Below, piece after piece: positions 47,120 through 56,128 of a stretch of DNA of 59,883 nucleotides. A model generated the notes under the pieces. It ran no database searches. It was not told the origin of the DNA and saw only the letters and a list, made by a program, of their open reading frames with translations. The position numbers and the translations under genes were made by a program. Source of the DNA: Candidatus Bipolaricaulota bacterium (GTDB taxonomy: Bacteria; Bipolaricaulota; Bipolaricaulia; UBA7950; UBA9294). The first letter of the stretch is position 1; every line of letters begins with the position of its first letter. The stretch covers positions 1-59,883 of the forward strand of contig JAHITR010000124.1 in the NCBI GenBank assembly GCA_018817505.1. The letters run 5' to 3'.

Positions 47120-48677
47120 GAGATTCCTCGAGTACGATGAGTTGATGTTCGAATCGATGAAGTTCGCCGTGGGCGATCATGTCATCAATCCATTTTATCC
47201 CATACCTGGCGATGAACGAAAATGCGGAAAGGATTCGCTCTTGGGGCTTGTCCATAGGAAGCAACCATGGTTTGAGGTTTTGCAGCGCCTTGACCGACAA
47301 TCCCCGGCGTGCGAGATCAGCGCGGATTGCCCGGTCTTCCAGACGATCCACTTGATAGCGGGCTTGATCGACTGTCTGATGCCATCGAGTCTCCAATCCA
47401 GGATCGATTTGGGCAAGAAAGCTCCGCAATGGCATTAGCGCGTCTCCGATTCGGTCACGAGCTGCCGTAAACTGCGATCTGAGATTCTCAGAGGCAGCGT
47501 TCTTGACAATGTCTGCCGGATTGAAGTTGGGCAGCAGCATTGCAGCCACATCAATCCCCCAGTCCGTGAGTGATTGCAGCCCTCTTGCGGGAATGACAGT
47601 TGCGCCATTTCTAGGAATCGCTAGCGGCTGTGGGATGTCCCATTGCTCGTACAACGGGCGAAGCATCGCGTGATATGCGAGTTCCGACGGTCCAAGAATG
47701 TTGGCAATAGTCGGAAGCAGCGAGTCGACAATCAACGGGCGCGTGGCCGCGTCACTGGAGAAGATGCGATTCGGTTGCGAGGCGAATGTTGCGATCTCTT
47801 GCGTGAGCAGTTGGCGCATCCCGCTATCTTCCAGAATTTCAAACAGTGTTCCCGAGCGGTTCGGATCAAGGGGCACGGGATAGCCCAGGTTGCGCAACCG
47901 AATCGAGCTGTCGGTTAGCCCGTGTTGAATCTCGACCCGCTCAGCAAGAACTCGCTGAAAAAGAGGGGTTGCGGCAGATCGTAGCACACGTGGCTCGACC
48001 AGAATGAGGCCGTGCTTCGCAAACAAACGACTCCACACGCGAGCGTGCCAAGTGCAGTAATTATCGCCTTCCACAGGAGAGAATAGGTCCGAATCGGACG
48101 CAACGGAGAACGTCATTTTTTCATTGGCTTCACGATACGCCTGTGACACCGCAGCTGTGATGGGAAGCGATTCAATGGGGCGTCCCTCGCCTTCCCAGTC
48201 AAAGGAGATGGTTCGCAGCGCCCCCGACTCATCCATCCATCGCATGTGATTGATCTCAGCAAAATCGTGATCCTCGGAAGCCAGCCAAAAAACCGGCACA
48301 ACCGGAAGATTCAGTTGTTCGGACAGATGGGCGGCGGTCCGGATAATGGATGCAATCTTGTAAAGTACGAAAAGCGGCCCCCCGAGAAAGCCTGCTTGCT
48401 GTCCGCCAATCACGCACAGGGCTTTGGGATCGCGAAGGCGTTGTACGTTTTGCCGTGCGGCATCTGGCGCATCGATCCACTGGTTGTATCCAAGCAGCGC
48501 GTCACACACTTCTGCGCGTGTTTGAGGACTGAAGAGGGTCTCTCGCGCTTCGGCAAGTCGAAATAGGGAAGTCCCTGAATGCTGGAAAAAATCAGCGGTC
48601 TGTTTGTTCGCCTCAATGTAGTCCAAGAAGAACTTGGCGTCGGAATACAGTGTGTGCGGATCAATGGTATGGGGCAT
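47106..48677 (-). CDS. bshC: Bacillithiol biosynthesis cysteine-adding enzyme BshC
   Basis: The block VIGGQQAGFLGGPLFVLYKIASIIRTAAHL...LPVVPVFWLASEDHDFAEINH matches the conserved BshC (YllA) core. The start is chosen at ATG 48677. The maximal ORF (to 49115) would lie entirely inside the upstream methyltransferase gene. Confidence 0.85.
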   Translation of the reverse strand: MPHTIDPHTLYSDAKFFLDYIEANKQTADFFQHSGTSLFRLAEARETLFSPQTRAEVCDALLGYNQWIDAPDAARQNVQRLRDPKALCVIGGQQAGFLGGPLFVLYKIASIIRTAAHLSEQLNLPVVPVFWLASEDHDFAEINHMRWMDESGALRTISFDWEGEGRPIESLPITAAVSQAYREANEKMTFSVASDSDLFSPVEGDNYCTWHARVWSRLFAKHGLILVEPRVLRSAATPLFQRVLAERVEIQHGLTDSSIRLRNLGYPVPLDPNRSGTLFEILEDSGMRQLLTQEIATFASQPNRIFSSDAATRPLIVDSLLPTIANILGPSELAYHAMLRPLYEQWDIPQPLAIPRNGATVIPARGLQSLTDWGIDVAAMLLPNFNPADIVKNAASENLRSQFTAARDRIGDALMPLRSFLAQIDPGLETRWHQTVDQARYQVDRLEDRAIRADLARRGLSVKALQNLKPWLLPMDKPQERILSAFSFIARYGIKWIDDMIAHGELHRFEHQLIVLEESHEQG

Positions 48678-49458
48678 GGGCCACCTTCGATGTAACAAAA
48701 ACCATGCGGGCACTTGAATTTGTGAACGCGTCACCCTGGAGGCTACCAAAGAAATGCGTGTTGACAAACCCGATGCGTCCCAACATGTCCTCGATCTCTC
48801 GTTTCGCGTACATGCGAACCGATTCCCGATAGATTGTAACCGGAGAACCCGGCTGTGTAACGCGGGTTTCTTTTTCAACCCGGAGACCGTCACGAGAGAT
48901 GTGTCTGCGGATTCGAACACACATATCCCCCAGCTCTTTCTCTTCTGATGGCGTGAGCGATGCGAGCACATGCTCCCGATTGAGGGTATCCAGAACAAAG
49001 GTCCCATCGCGTGTGAGCGCACGGTAGGCAGAAACCAAAACGCGCTCGTCTTCCTGTTGGCTGGCAAAATACCCAAACGAGGTGAACAGCGAGATGATGG
49101 CGGTAAAGCGATCACGCTGCGGGATGTCTCTCATGTCCGCTCTCAGCAGCTGAACGTCCTCCATGGATGCAGCATCAAGGCGGGCTCGGGCTTCGGCCAG
49201 AAGATGTGATGACAGATCAAGTCCCGTCAAATCGGTGAATCCTTCCCGGCGCAGAGCAGCCAGGTGGCGCCCCGCACCGCAGCAGAGGTCCAGCAGAGGT
49301 TCCCTCCGAGGGAGATCCGTTAATCGAAGGAGTGCGGCGATATCTTGAATGGCTTCTTCATCATTGCGATGAGGATAGAGCGATAAATAGTCGCGTCCGA
49401 ATGTGCTTTCATACCAGGCGGTCACTCGATCCCGTGCTCCTTCTTGTATTCGGCCCAA
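48661..49458 (-). CDS. Class I SAM-dependent methyltransferase
   Basis: Motif I is LLDLCCGAGRHLAALRREG, followed by GLDLS and FTSFGYF. Its 3' end overlaps the bshC start by 17 nt. The TTG start is uncertain. Confidence 0.8.
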   Translation of the reverse strand: MGRIQEGARDRVTAWYESTFGRDYLSLYPHRNDEEAIQDIAALLRLTDLPRREPLLDLCCGAGRHLAALRREGFTDLTGLDLSSHLLAEARARLDAASMEDVQLLRADMRDIPQRDRFTAIISLFTSFGYFASQQEDERVLVSAYRALTRDGTFVLDTLNREHVLASLTPSEEKELGDMCVRIRRHISRDGLRVEKETRVTQPGSPVTIYRESVRMYAKREIEDMLGRIGFVNTHFFGSLQGDAFTNSSARMVFVTSKVAHAPYH

Positions 49459-50060
49459 TTGGCCTTGAGTTCGATGAACGATTCTACATCGGGTCGGAGA
49501 AGGAACGGATTGGTACTGCGCTCATGAGCGACCGTTGAGTTTGGACGAAGCCCGACGTCGTGACCTGGATAAATACGCGTATCTTCAGGCAACGCCATGA
49601 TTTTCTCGTGCAACGACGTGTATTCGGCTCGAGCGCCCTCATCTAGATCCGTTCCTCCAACCTTGCCGACAAATAGCGTATCGCCTGTGAACAATGCGTT
49701 GTCAATAAACAGACAGATGGAATCTGCCGTATGTCCCGGTGTGTGGAGGATCTTGATGGTGATTTCGCCTAGCGGAAAGATGGCTCCATCAGCGACACGG
49801 GTTCCTGTCGCTGGGTCGACATCGTGAAACTTCAGGGGACATACACCCGTCTTGAGTTCAAATGCGCGATTGCCATTGGTGTGATCGTGATGATCGTGGG
49901 TGTTGAATGCATAGACCACCGTATAGCCGTGGTCTGTGGCAAAGGCTGCAATAGCCTCTGGATCATAGGATGGATCGATAACGACCGCTTTGCTTGTCAC
50001 ATCGTCTGCAATGAGATAGCCCAAATTTCTATTGCCGCCAGTCTGGAACGTCCTGATCAT
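49422..50060 (-). CDS. MBL-fold hydrolase (glyoxalase II / thiolester hydrolase-like)
   Basis: The motifs FNTHDHHDHTNGN, HTPGHTADS, FTGDTLF and YPGHD are present. It is the first gene of the minus-strand run that continues into MTase-bshCBA. Confidence 0.8.
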   Translation of the reverse strand: MIRTFQTGGNRNLGYLIADDVTSKAVVIDPSYDPEAIAAFATDHGYTVVYAFNTHDHHDHTNGNRAFELKTGVCPLKFHDVDPATGTRVADGAIFPLGEITIKILHTPGHTADSICLFIDNALFTGDTLFVGKVGGTDLDEGARAEYTSLHEKIMALPEDTRIYPGHDVGLRPNSTVAHERSTNPFLLRPDVESFIELKANWAEYKKEHGIE

Positions 50061-50125
50061 CGAAGGCTCCTTTCAAAATCCTGAGCAGTGATTCTAAACG
50101 GGAAGCAGCAGAACACAAACGCATG

Positions 50126-50153
50126 TTGACAAAATCATAGACATACCTATCAT
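50126..50153 (+). promoter_or_regulatory. Candidate sigma-70 promoter TTGACA-N16-TATCAT for the LTD-protein gene
   Basis: The hexamers were read at 50126-50131 and 50148-50153. AAGGAGG precedes the ATG at 50203. Confidence 0.55.
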
Positions 50154-50202
50154 GTAAGCGCGCGTAAGCAGAACACAGACAACAGCAGAAGGAGGAACGA
50201 AG

Positions 50203-51117
50203 ATGAATAGAATGGTTCGAGGTATGGCATTGGCCATGGTGGTGTTGATCCTGGTCGGGGGGGCTGTTCTTGCCAACGGTCTCATGATTTCAGAGATCGC
50301 TTGGGCGGGTACGGCCGCCAGTTCTACGGATGAGTGGATTGAGTTGAAGAACGCTGGCAGCGAAGCCATCGATCTCGCTGGCTGGAGGCTGGTGTTTGGC
50401 GATACGGAGATTCCTCTTGGCGTGGTGGCCGAAGATACCCTTGAGATCAGAACAACGACTCTTGCTCCAGGTGCGTTCTTTGTGCTCGAGCGAACCGACG
50501 ATGACACCATTTCGGATGTCATTGCAGATCTTCTCTACAAGGGCACGCTGTCGAATGCAGGGATTCTTGTCGAGTTGATCAATCCAGACGGTGTATCCGT
50601 AGACAGCGCAGTGATGGATGAGTCTGGATGGCCGGGCGGGAGTGGTGGTTCCGGGGAACCCGCTTATTGCTCGATGGAACGAACGAGCAGCGGAAACTGG
50701 GTCAGCAACAATGCCATCATATGCAATGGATTGGACGGGAATGGAGTTCCGCTCCGTGGCACACCGGGTCAAGTGAACTCTGCGGATGTGCTCGCTCAAT
50801 GGGCTCCACGAGTAGAGATGACTTTTCCTTCTGAGGCAGGGAGCATCCTGTCAGGCACGGAGTGGATCTCCTGGATCGCCAGCGATCCGAATGGCACAGA
50901 CTCTGCACTTGCCATTGCCATCTTCCTCTCGCCCAATGGAGAAGATGAATGGGATCTGTTGATTGAGAATCTCGCCAACGCGGGGTCATTCTCATGGGAT
51001 ACGACCACCGTCCCGTCGGCGAATGGTTATCGCTTGAAGGTTCGTGCCACGGATCCAGAAGGCTACATGGGCGAAGCTGTGAGCCTCGCCTTTGACGTCT
51101 CCAACGCTGGGGAGTAG
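50203..51117 (+). CDS. Secreted lamin-tail-domain (LTD) protein
   Basis: It has a signal anchor. The LTD signature is LMISEIAWAGTAASSTDEWIELKNAGSEAIDLAGWRL. The C-terminal segment looks Ig/Fn3-like. Confidence 0.75.
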   Translation: MNRMVRGMALAMVVLILVGGAVLANGLMISEIAWAGTAASSTDEWIELKNAGSEAIDLAGWRLVFGDTEIPLGVVAEDTLEIRTTTLAPGAFFVLERTDDDTISDVIADLLYKGTLSNAGILVELINPDGVSVDSAVMDESGWPGGSGGSGEPAYCSMERTSSGNWVSNNAIICNGLDGNGVPLRGTPGQVNSADVLAQWAPRVEMTFPSEAGSILSGTEWISWIASDPNGTDSALAIAIFLSPNGEDEWDLLIENLANAGSFSWDTTTVPSANGYRLKVRATDPEGYMGEAVSLAFDVSNAGE

Positions 51118-51987
51118 TTAGTTTCGTTCAGGACTGACAAGCGCCCAAATGTCATCCAGGTGAGCATGGACACTGTCCTTGCCCGCCTGGATGGCGGCTT
51201 GCGTGTGTTCGAATGCGAACATCCGAATCCAGCTCACGTCAGGTTGAATCACCAGCAGATTCCCGCCTAGCCGTTCAGTTGCCACGGCGATCTGCAATTG
51301 GGTCAAATGATGAGACGTGACACGCTGTGTCTGGAGGAGCGTATCCAAGCAGGTAGAGATCTCGCGATCCAAAGGAGCACCTGTGTCCACGGCAAGAACG
51401 GCTTCTGCCCCCATATCAATCACGACATCGGCAGGGAGCTTATCGACCACACCACCATCGATGAGAAACTGCCCTTCGAAGGCGACGGGTGAGAACACGC
51501 CTGGAACGGACGTACTCGCAACCACAGCATCACTGAGCAGGCCTTCTCTCAAAACGACGCGCTCACCGGTTTCCAGATTCGCAGCCACTGCGGCATAGGG
51601 TATCTTTATGTCTCGAAAGCACTTGCCAGCCGTGAGAAGACCAAACAATTCTCGGAGCCTCAATAGATCGTGTGGCCTGGAGTCCTCTTCTCGCCACACC
51701 GATCCACGCACGTATTCCACCATGCTCCGGCCGACGATCTTCTGAACCTCGCGGACCGTACTATCGCTGACCTGCAGCATATCATTGAGGTCTACGGACA
51801 CCAACACCTTGGCGATGAGCTTGAGATCTCCGCCAACCGCCATGGCCGCACCCATGACTGCGCCCATGCTAGTTCCTGCAATCATGGACACCGGAATGCC
51901 TTCATCCTGAAGCGCGATGAGGACGCCCAAATGGGCCAATCCACGTGCTCCGCCCCCACCCAGCGCCAATCCCAATCGTTTGCTCAT
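51118..51987 (-). CDS. Patatin-like phospholipase
   Basis: The oxyanion motif is LALGGGGARG. The nucleophile elbow is GTSMGAV, and DGG is present (LIDGGVVD). Confidence 0.88.
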   Translation of the reverse strand: MSKRLGLALGGGGARGLAHLGVLIALQDEGIPVSMIAGTSMGAVMGAAMAVGGDLKLIAKVLVSVDLNDMLQVSDSTVREVQKIVGRSMVEYVRGSVWREEDSRPHDLLRLRELFGLLTAGKCFRDIKIPYAAVAANLETGERVVLREGLLSDAVVASTSVPGVFSPVAFEGQFLIDGGVVDKLPADVVIDMGAEAVLAVDTGAPLDREISTCLDTLLQTQRVTSHHLTQLQIAVATERLGGNLLVIQPDVSWIRMFAFEHTQAAIQAGKDSVHAHLDDIWALVSPERN

Positions 51988-52029
51988 GGTAAAAAAGAAC
52001 CTCCGGCTTGATGATAGTCAAGCCGGAGG
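51988..52029 (-). terminator. Intrinsic terminator after groEL
   Basis: A perfect 12-bp stem CCTCCGGCTTGA / TCAAGCCGGAGG (52000-52029) has a 6-nt loop. On the minus strand it is followed by TTCTTTTTT, which abuts the patatin ATG. Confidence 0.8.
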
Positions 52030-52093
52030 GCAGTGAAAAGTTCAGATCTGGGCGAGGTCATCATACACAAACCGTGCCCAGTCTCATTGAGAT

Positions 52094-53710
52094 CTAGTAG
52101 GGCATGCCTCCTGGCATCTGAGGCATTGGTGATTCTTTGTCTTCCTTGATCTCGCCGACGAGTGCATCCGTGGTCAGCAACATCCCGGCGATGGACACAG
52201 CGTTCTGAAGAGCGGATCGCGTGACCTTGGTGGGATCAATGATTCCAGCATCGAACATGTTTCGATACTCTTCTTTGGCGACGTCGAAACCAATGCCCGG
52301 CTTCTGCTCGCGAACCTTGCCCACGACAATGGCGCCCTCAAATCCGGCGTTCAGTGACAGTTGGCGAAGGGGTGCTTCGAGAGATCGCCGCAAAATGGCA
52401 AGACCGACCGCTTCATCGCCCTTGAGCTTGAGGCCATCGAGAGCCTTGGCCGCATTGAGCAATGCAACGCCACCACCAGGGAGGATGCCTTCATCCACAG
52501 CTGCCTTCGTGGCTTCGAGCGCGTCTTCCATTCGATGCTTCTTCTCGGAGAGTTCGGTTTCCGTTGGAGCGCCGACCTTGATGACGGCAACGCCGCCTGC
52601 CAATTTGGCCTTGCGCTCTTCGAGCTTCTCACGGTCATAATCAGAATCGGTGTTTTCGATCTGAGCTTCGATCTGTTCGACTCGGCCGTGGATGGCCTCT
52701 GGCTTGCCCTTGCCGCCGATGATGGTGGTATTGCTGCTATCCACCTTGATGGTCTCAGCGCTTCCGAGCATGTCGAGCGTCGTATCCTTCATCTGCATGC
52801 CGGCGTCTTCGGCAACAACGGTGGCGCCAGTCAGGACGGCAATGTCTTCAAGCATGGCCTTGCGGCGATCGCCGAATCCAGGGGCCTTGACTGCACAGCT
52901 TGAGAACGTGCCCTTCAATTTGTTGAGCACCAAGGTTGTCAGTGCTTCGCCAGTCACATCCTTCGCGATGATGAGCAGCGGTTTGCCCGTTTGGACGACC
53001 TTTTCAAGAAGGGGAACGAGATCCTGCGCCGCCTTGAGTTCTTGGTCCGTGATCAGAACGAGGGGCTTTTCGAGCAGAACTTCCATTTTCTTGGGGTCTG
53101 TAACGAAGTAGGGCGAGATGTATTCACGATCGAACTGCATACCTTCGACGACGTCATAGTAGGTGTCGATGGTATCCGAATCTTCGACGGTGATGACGCC
53201 GTCTTCCCCGACAGCTTCCATTGCATCGGCAATGATTGCCCCAATGGCTTCGTCATTGGCTGAGATGGTGGCGACCTGCGCTGTCTCTTCCTTGGACTTC
53301 AGCGCGCGGCTCATCTTCTTGAGTTCTTCAACGATTGCGGCTGCACCCTTTTCCAGACCGCGTTTAAGCTCCATCGGGTTGGCGCCAGCGGCCAAATTCT
53401 TGAAGCCCTCCTCGATCATCGAATGGGCGAGAATCGTTGCTGTGGTTGTTCCATCGCCAGCGATATCGTTTGTCTTGGAGGCGACTTCTTTCACCAGCTG
53501 GGCACCCATGTTCTCGAATACGTCAGCGTACTCCTGCTCTTGGGCAATCGTCACGCCGTCATTGGTGATGTCGGGACTACCGAACTTCTTGTCGATGATG
53601 ACGTTCCGACCGCGCGGCCCAAGCGTAATCCGCACAGCATCCGCCAGCTTATCAATACCAACCTTCATTCTGCGGCGTGCTTCGTCGCCAAAAATAACTT
53701 CTTTTGCCAT
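52094..53710 (-). CDS. groEL: Chaperonin GroEL (Cpn60)
   Basis: The sequence reads [15 protein letters not shown]...TLGPRGRNV...AGDGTTTAT... and is 538 aa long. Confidence 0.98.
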   Translation of the reverse strand: MAKEVIFGDEARRRMKVGIDKLADAVRITLGPRGRNVIIDKKFGSPDITNDGVTIAQEQEYADVFENMGAQLVKEVASKTNDIAGDGTTTATILAHSMIEEGFKNLAAGANPMELKRGLEKGAAAIVEELKKMSRALKSKEETAQVATISANDEAIGAIIADAMEAVGEDGVITVEDSDTIDTYYDVVEGMQFDREYISPYFVTDPKKMEVLLEKPLVLITDQELKAAQDLVPLLEKVVQTGKPLLIIAKDVTGEALTTLVLNKLKGTFSSCAVKAPGFGDRRKAMLEDIAVLTGATVVAEDAGMQMKDTTLDMLGSAETIKVDSSNTTIIGGKGKPEAIHGRVEQIEAQIENTDSDYDREKLEERKAKLAGGVAVIKVGAPTETELSEKKHRMEDALEATKAAVDEGILPGGGVALLNAAKALDGLKLKGDEAVGLAILRRSLEAPLRQLSLNAGFEGAIVVGKVREQKPGIGFDVAKEEYRNMFDAGIIDPTKVTRSALQNAVSIAGMLLTTDALVGEIKEDKESPMPQMPGGMPY

Positions 53711-53722
53711 GTTGCAGTCCCC

Positions 53723-53995
53723 CTAGTTTTCTACGATTGCGAGAACGTCAGTTTCTTTGACCAGAATCAGTTTGTCTTCGCCCTGTTCGATCTCAGTGCC
53801 AGCGAACGTTCCTACGATGATCTCGTCGCCGACCTTGACCTCGAACTTCTCATCCGTGCCGATGGCGAGCACTTTGGCTCGTACAACCTTCTCACTTTTG
53901 ACGCTATCGGGGAGAACAATGCCTCCAGACGTCGTCTTGTTCTCGGGCTCAATCTTCTGGGCGAGAATGCGTTTTCCCAACGGTTTGATTGTCAT
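53723..53995 (-). CDS. groES: Co-chaperonin GroES (Cpn10)
   Basis: The sequence reads MTIKPLGKRILAQKIEPENKTTSGGIVLPDS... It is 90 aa and lies 12 nt upstream of groEL. Confidence 0.97.
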   Translation of the reverse strand: MTIKPLGKRILAQKIEPENKTTSGGIVLPDSVKSEKVVRAKVLAIGTDEKFEVKVGDEIIVGTFAGTEIEQGEDKLILVKETDVLAIVEN

Positions 53996-54020
53996 GGTGT
54001 TCCTCCTCTTGCTATGGTGA

Positions 54021-54047
54021 TTAGCACTTAGGCTTGTAGTTTGCTAA
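54021..54047. promoter_or_regulatory. CIRCE-like inverted repeat (HrcA operator), degenerate
   Basis: The site TTAGCACTT-N9-GTTTGCTAA compares with the consensus TTAGCACTC-N9-GAGTGCTAA. The outer 6 bp of each arm are complementary. It lies between the groES promoter and the start codon. Confidence 0.6.
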
Positions 54048-54050
54048 TCA

Positions 54051-54079
54051 ATTGTAACGTCTGTCTCCAGAAGCGTCAA
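54051..54079 (-). promoter_or_regulatory. groESL sigma-70 promoter (TTGACG-N17-TACAAT on minus strand)
   Basis: The plus-strand ATTGTA at 54051-54056 and CGTCAA at 54074-54079 define it. The predicted TSS falls at the edge of the CIRCE-like element. Confidence 0.7.
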
Positions 54080-54084
54080 GGAAT

Positions 54085-54612
54085 TTGATGAATGCCGGGA
54101 AAGTGGCTACTGTAGCGGTGATTTCTATGCCATCAGGAAAGACGCATCTCACAATTGAAGCAATGATCCTTTTTTTGTGGGCGGGACTTTCGATTCTGGT
54201 CGTGTCGAAGCATTCGGTTGCCAGCTCGCAAGCTACCCTGTTCCTGGGATCCTACGTGTTTTCCATGTTCCTCATGAGCCCGGATTTGGACTTATCCAAG
54301 AGTGATAGCTTCCAGCGCTGGGGACCGCTCCGATGGATTTGGTTTCCCTATGCCTGGCTTTGTCGGCATCGCCAGACATCTCATCATCTCCTGTTGGGGC
54401 CGTTGTCACGCGTTGCGTACCTTGTGCTGCTCGTCCTCGCGGGCGCGTTTGTCTATCTTGTTGTCTCAAGGAATCCCGCCCCCCGTTTGGCGTTCTCGCT
54501 GAAGGTATTGCTTCCCGCAGGCTTGGGGCTGTATCTCCCCAATTTGGAGCATATTCTTATTGATCGAATGTCCACGGCCTGGCGGAGGAAACGCAGGAAG
54601 CATCGGTTGTAA
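54085..54612 (+). CDS. Integral membrane protein, DUF2227-like putative metal-binding protein
   Basis: The motifs MPSGKTHLT..., SPDLDLSKS...RWGPLRWIWFPY and HRQTSHHLLLGP resemble DUF2227 as I recall it. The start is uncertain (54085 TTG, 54088 ATG or 54127 ATG). Confidence 0.6.
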   Translation: MMNAGKVATVAVISMPSGKTHLTIEAMILFLWAGLSILVVSKHSVASSQATLFLGSYVFSMFLMSPDLDLSKSDSFQRWGPLRWIWFPYAWLCRHRQTSHHLLLGPLSRVAYLVLLVLAGAFVYLVVSRNPAPRLAFSLKVLLPAGLGLYLPNLEHILIDRMSTAWRRKRRKHRL

Positions 54613-54621
54613 GTCCTAGGC

Positions 54622-55017
54622 TTGGATCCTATACTGCCTGTCATGAACCAGACGCTGCTTTATGTCCTTGGATCGGTCCTACTCGTAGGAGTTGCAGTAG
54701 GATTGGCTTTCTTTGGACCCTATTACGAAGTAGGGATTGCATCGTGGTACGGTCCCGGTTTTGACGGGAATCGAACGGCGAATGGCGAGGTTTACGATAT
54801 GAATGGTGTGAGCGCTGCGCACAAGTCGCTTCCCTTTGGAACGATTGTTCGAGTGGTTGAATTTGAAACAGGCAGAAGTATTGTCGTTCGCATCAATGAC
54901 CGAGGACCCTTTGTAGAGGGGCGAATCATTGACCTATCCAAAGGTGCAGCGGCTCAATTGGGGATCGTCAACAAGGGAATCACCAAGGTCGGGCTCAGGA
55001 TTGTGCGTTGGCCCTAG
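54622..55017 (+). CDS. RlpA-like septal ring lytic transglycosylase (DPBB domain)
   Basis: The sequence is GIASWYGPGFDGNRTANGEVYDMNGVSAAHKSLPFGTIVRV...VVRINDRGPFVEGRIIDLS. It has an N-terminal TM anchor. An alternative ATG lies at 54643. Confidence 0.85.
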   Translation: MDPILPVMNQTLLYVLGSVLLVGVAVGLAFFGPYYEVGIASWYGPGFDGNRTANGEVYDMNGVSAAHKSLPFGTIVRVVEFETGRSIVVRINDRGPFVEGRIIDLSKGAAAQLGIVNKGITKVGLRIVRWP

Positions 55018-55164
55018 GCATGTTCTAAAGAGGGCAGTCTTCCTGATGATTTCGCCGTCATCGTTTTTGCGGATATCATAAGCACGAAATCTAGCGGATT
55101 GGACAGACGTTTGACTTGAATGAATGAAGGATGCACCCCTAACAAAGAAGAAGGGAGATAGACA

Positions 55165-55725
55165 ATGAGTCTCTCAGTGAGTGAGATCCGGCGTGGAATG
55201 TCGATCCTCTATGACGGCGAATTGTATGAGGTCGTCGAGTATGAACATTCCAAGCGCGGAAGATCCGGCGCAGTGGGAAAGACGAAGCTCAAGCATTTGA
55301 AAACAGGCAGGGTCCTGGCAGCGACGTTTAAGGGATCCGAGAATACAGAATCGGCCTTCCTCGAATCGCGAGAGCTACAGTATCTATTCCATGATGGCGA
55401 CAACCTCGTGTTCATGGATGCAGAGAGCTTTGACCAATTTCCGTTGAGCAAAGAGGTGCTTGGCCCGCAAGCCGATTTTCTCATCGAAGGCGAAAACGTT
55501 GTTGGATGCTACTACATCAAAGATCTGGTTAAGGTTGATTTGCCAAATTTTGCCGAACTCAGAGTGATACACACTGAGCCTGGCGTAAAGGGAGACACAG
55601 TCTCCAATGTTGAAAAACCGGCGACTGTCGAGACAGGGGCCGTTGTGAATGTGCCTCTCTTCGTCAAAGAAGGCGATTTGTTGAAGATCGACACCCGGAC
55701 TGGAACCTATGTGGAACGGCTTTAA
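55165..55725 (+). CDS. efp: Translation elongation factor P
   Basis: 186 aa. The sequence includes IRRGMSILYDGELYEVVEYEHSKRGRSGAVGKTKLKHLKTG and ...VETGAVVNVPLFV. Confidence 0.95.
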   Translation: MSLSVSEIRRGMSILYDGELYEVVEYEHSKRGRSGAVGKTKLKHLKTGRVLAATFKGSENTESAFLESRELQYLFHDGDNLVFMDAESFDQFPLSKEVLGPQADFLIEGENVVGCYYIKDLVKVDLPNFAELRVIHTEPGVKGDTVSNVEKPATVETGAVVNVPLFVKEGDLLKIDTRTGTYVERL

Positions 55726-55734
55726 GGAGGAGGC

Positions 55735-56115
55735 ATGGCCGACAAGAGGGTAGAACTCATCGATGAAGACGGCCGCATCTCGATCGCAGAAGATGTCATC
55801 ACGTCGATCGCCCGTATTGCAGCAGACAAGGTTGACGGCATCGCCCATTCTTTGGGAAGCGGCGGTGGTGGTCTCATGAGCATCTTTAGCGGGGAGGATA
55901 TTGCGCCGAATATTAAGACGGAACTCTCCAACGAAGCAGTCCGCCTGGAATTGAGAATTTCCGTGGAATACGGATACCCGGTACACGAAGTCGCGCAAGG
56001 CGTTCAGCAAAATGTGCAGCGTGATATTGAGTTGCTTGCTGGCGTAACCGTGTCTCACGTGGACGTCTTCGTGAAGAAAGTCGTCCCGCCGCATACACAC
56101 GGTGACGAAGAATAG
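55735..56115 (+). CDS. Asp23/Gls24 family envelope stress protein
   Basis: The sequence is ISIAEDVITSIARIAADKVDGIA... The start is preceded by GGAGGAGG. Confidence 0.85.
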   Translation: MADKRVELIDEDGRISIAEDVITSIARIAADKVDGIAHSLGSGGGGLMSIFSGEDIAPNIKTELSNEAVRLELRISVEYGYPVHEVAQGVQQNVQRDIELLAGVTVSHVDVFVKKVVPPHTHGDEE

Positions 56116-56128
56116 GGAGGAGGGCACC

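Noticed and set aside
51118-51987. I considered whether the patatin-like phospholipase is a CBASS-type or other defence effector.
   Set aside because: No cyclase/nucleotidyltransferase, SMODS, E1/E2-like or sensor gene is adjacent. The neighbours are groEL and an LTD exoprotein. It looks like a stand-alone housekeeping or lipid-metabolism patatin.
55021-55075. I considered a weak hairpin (GATGA/TCATC followed by GTTTTTG) after the rlpA-like gene as a terminator.
   Set aside because: The stem is only 5 bp with low GC, so its stability is too marginal to report as a feature.
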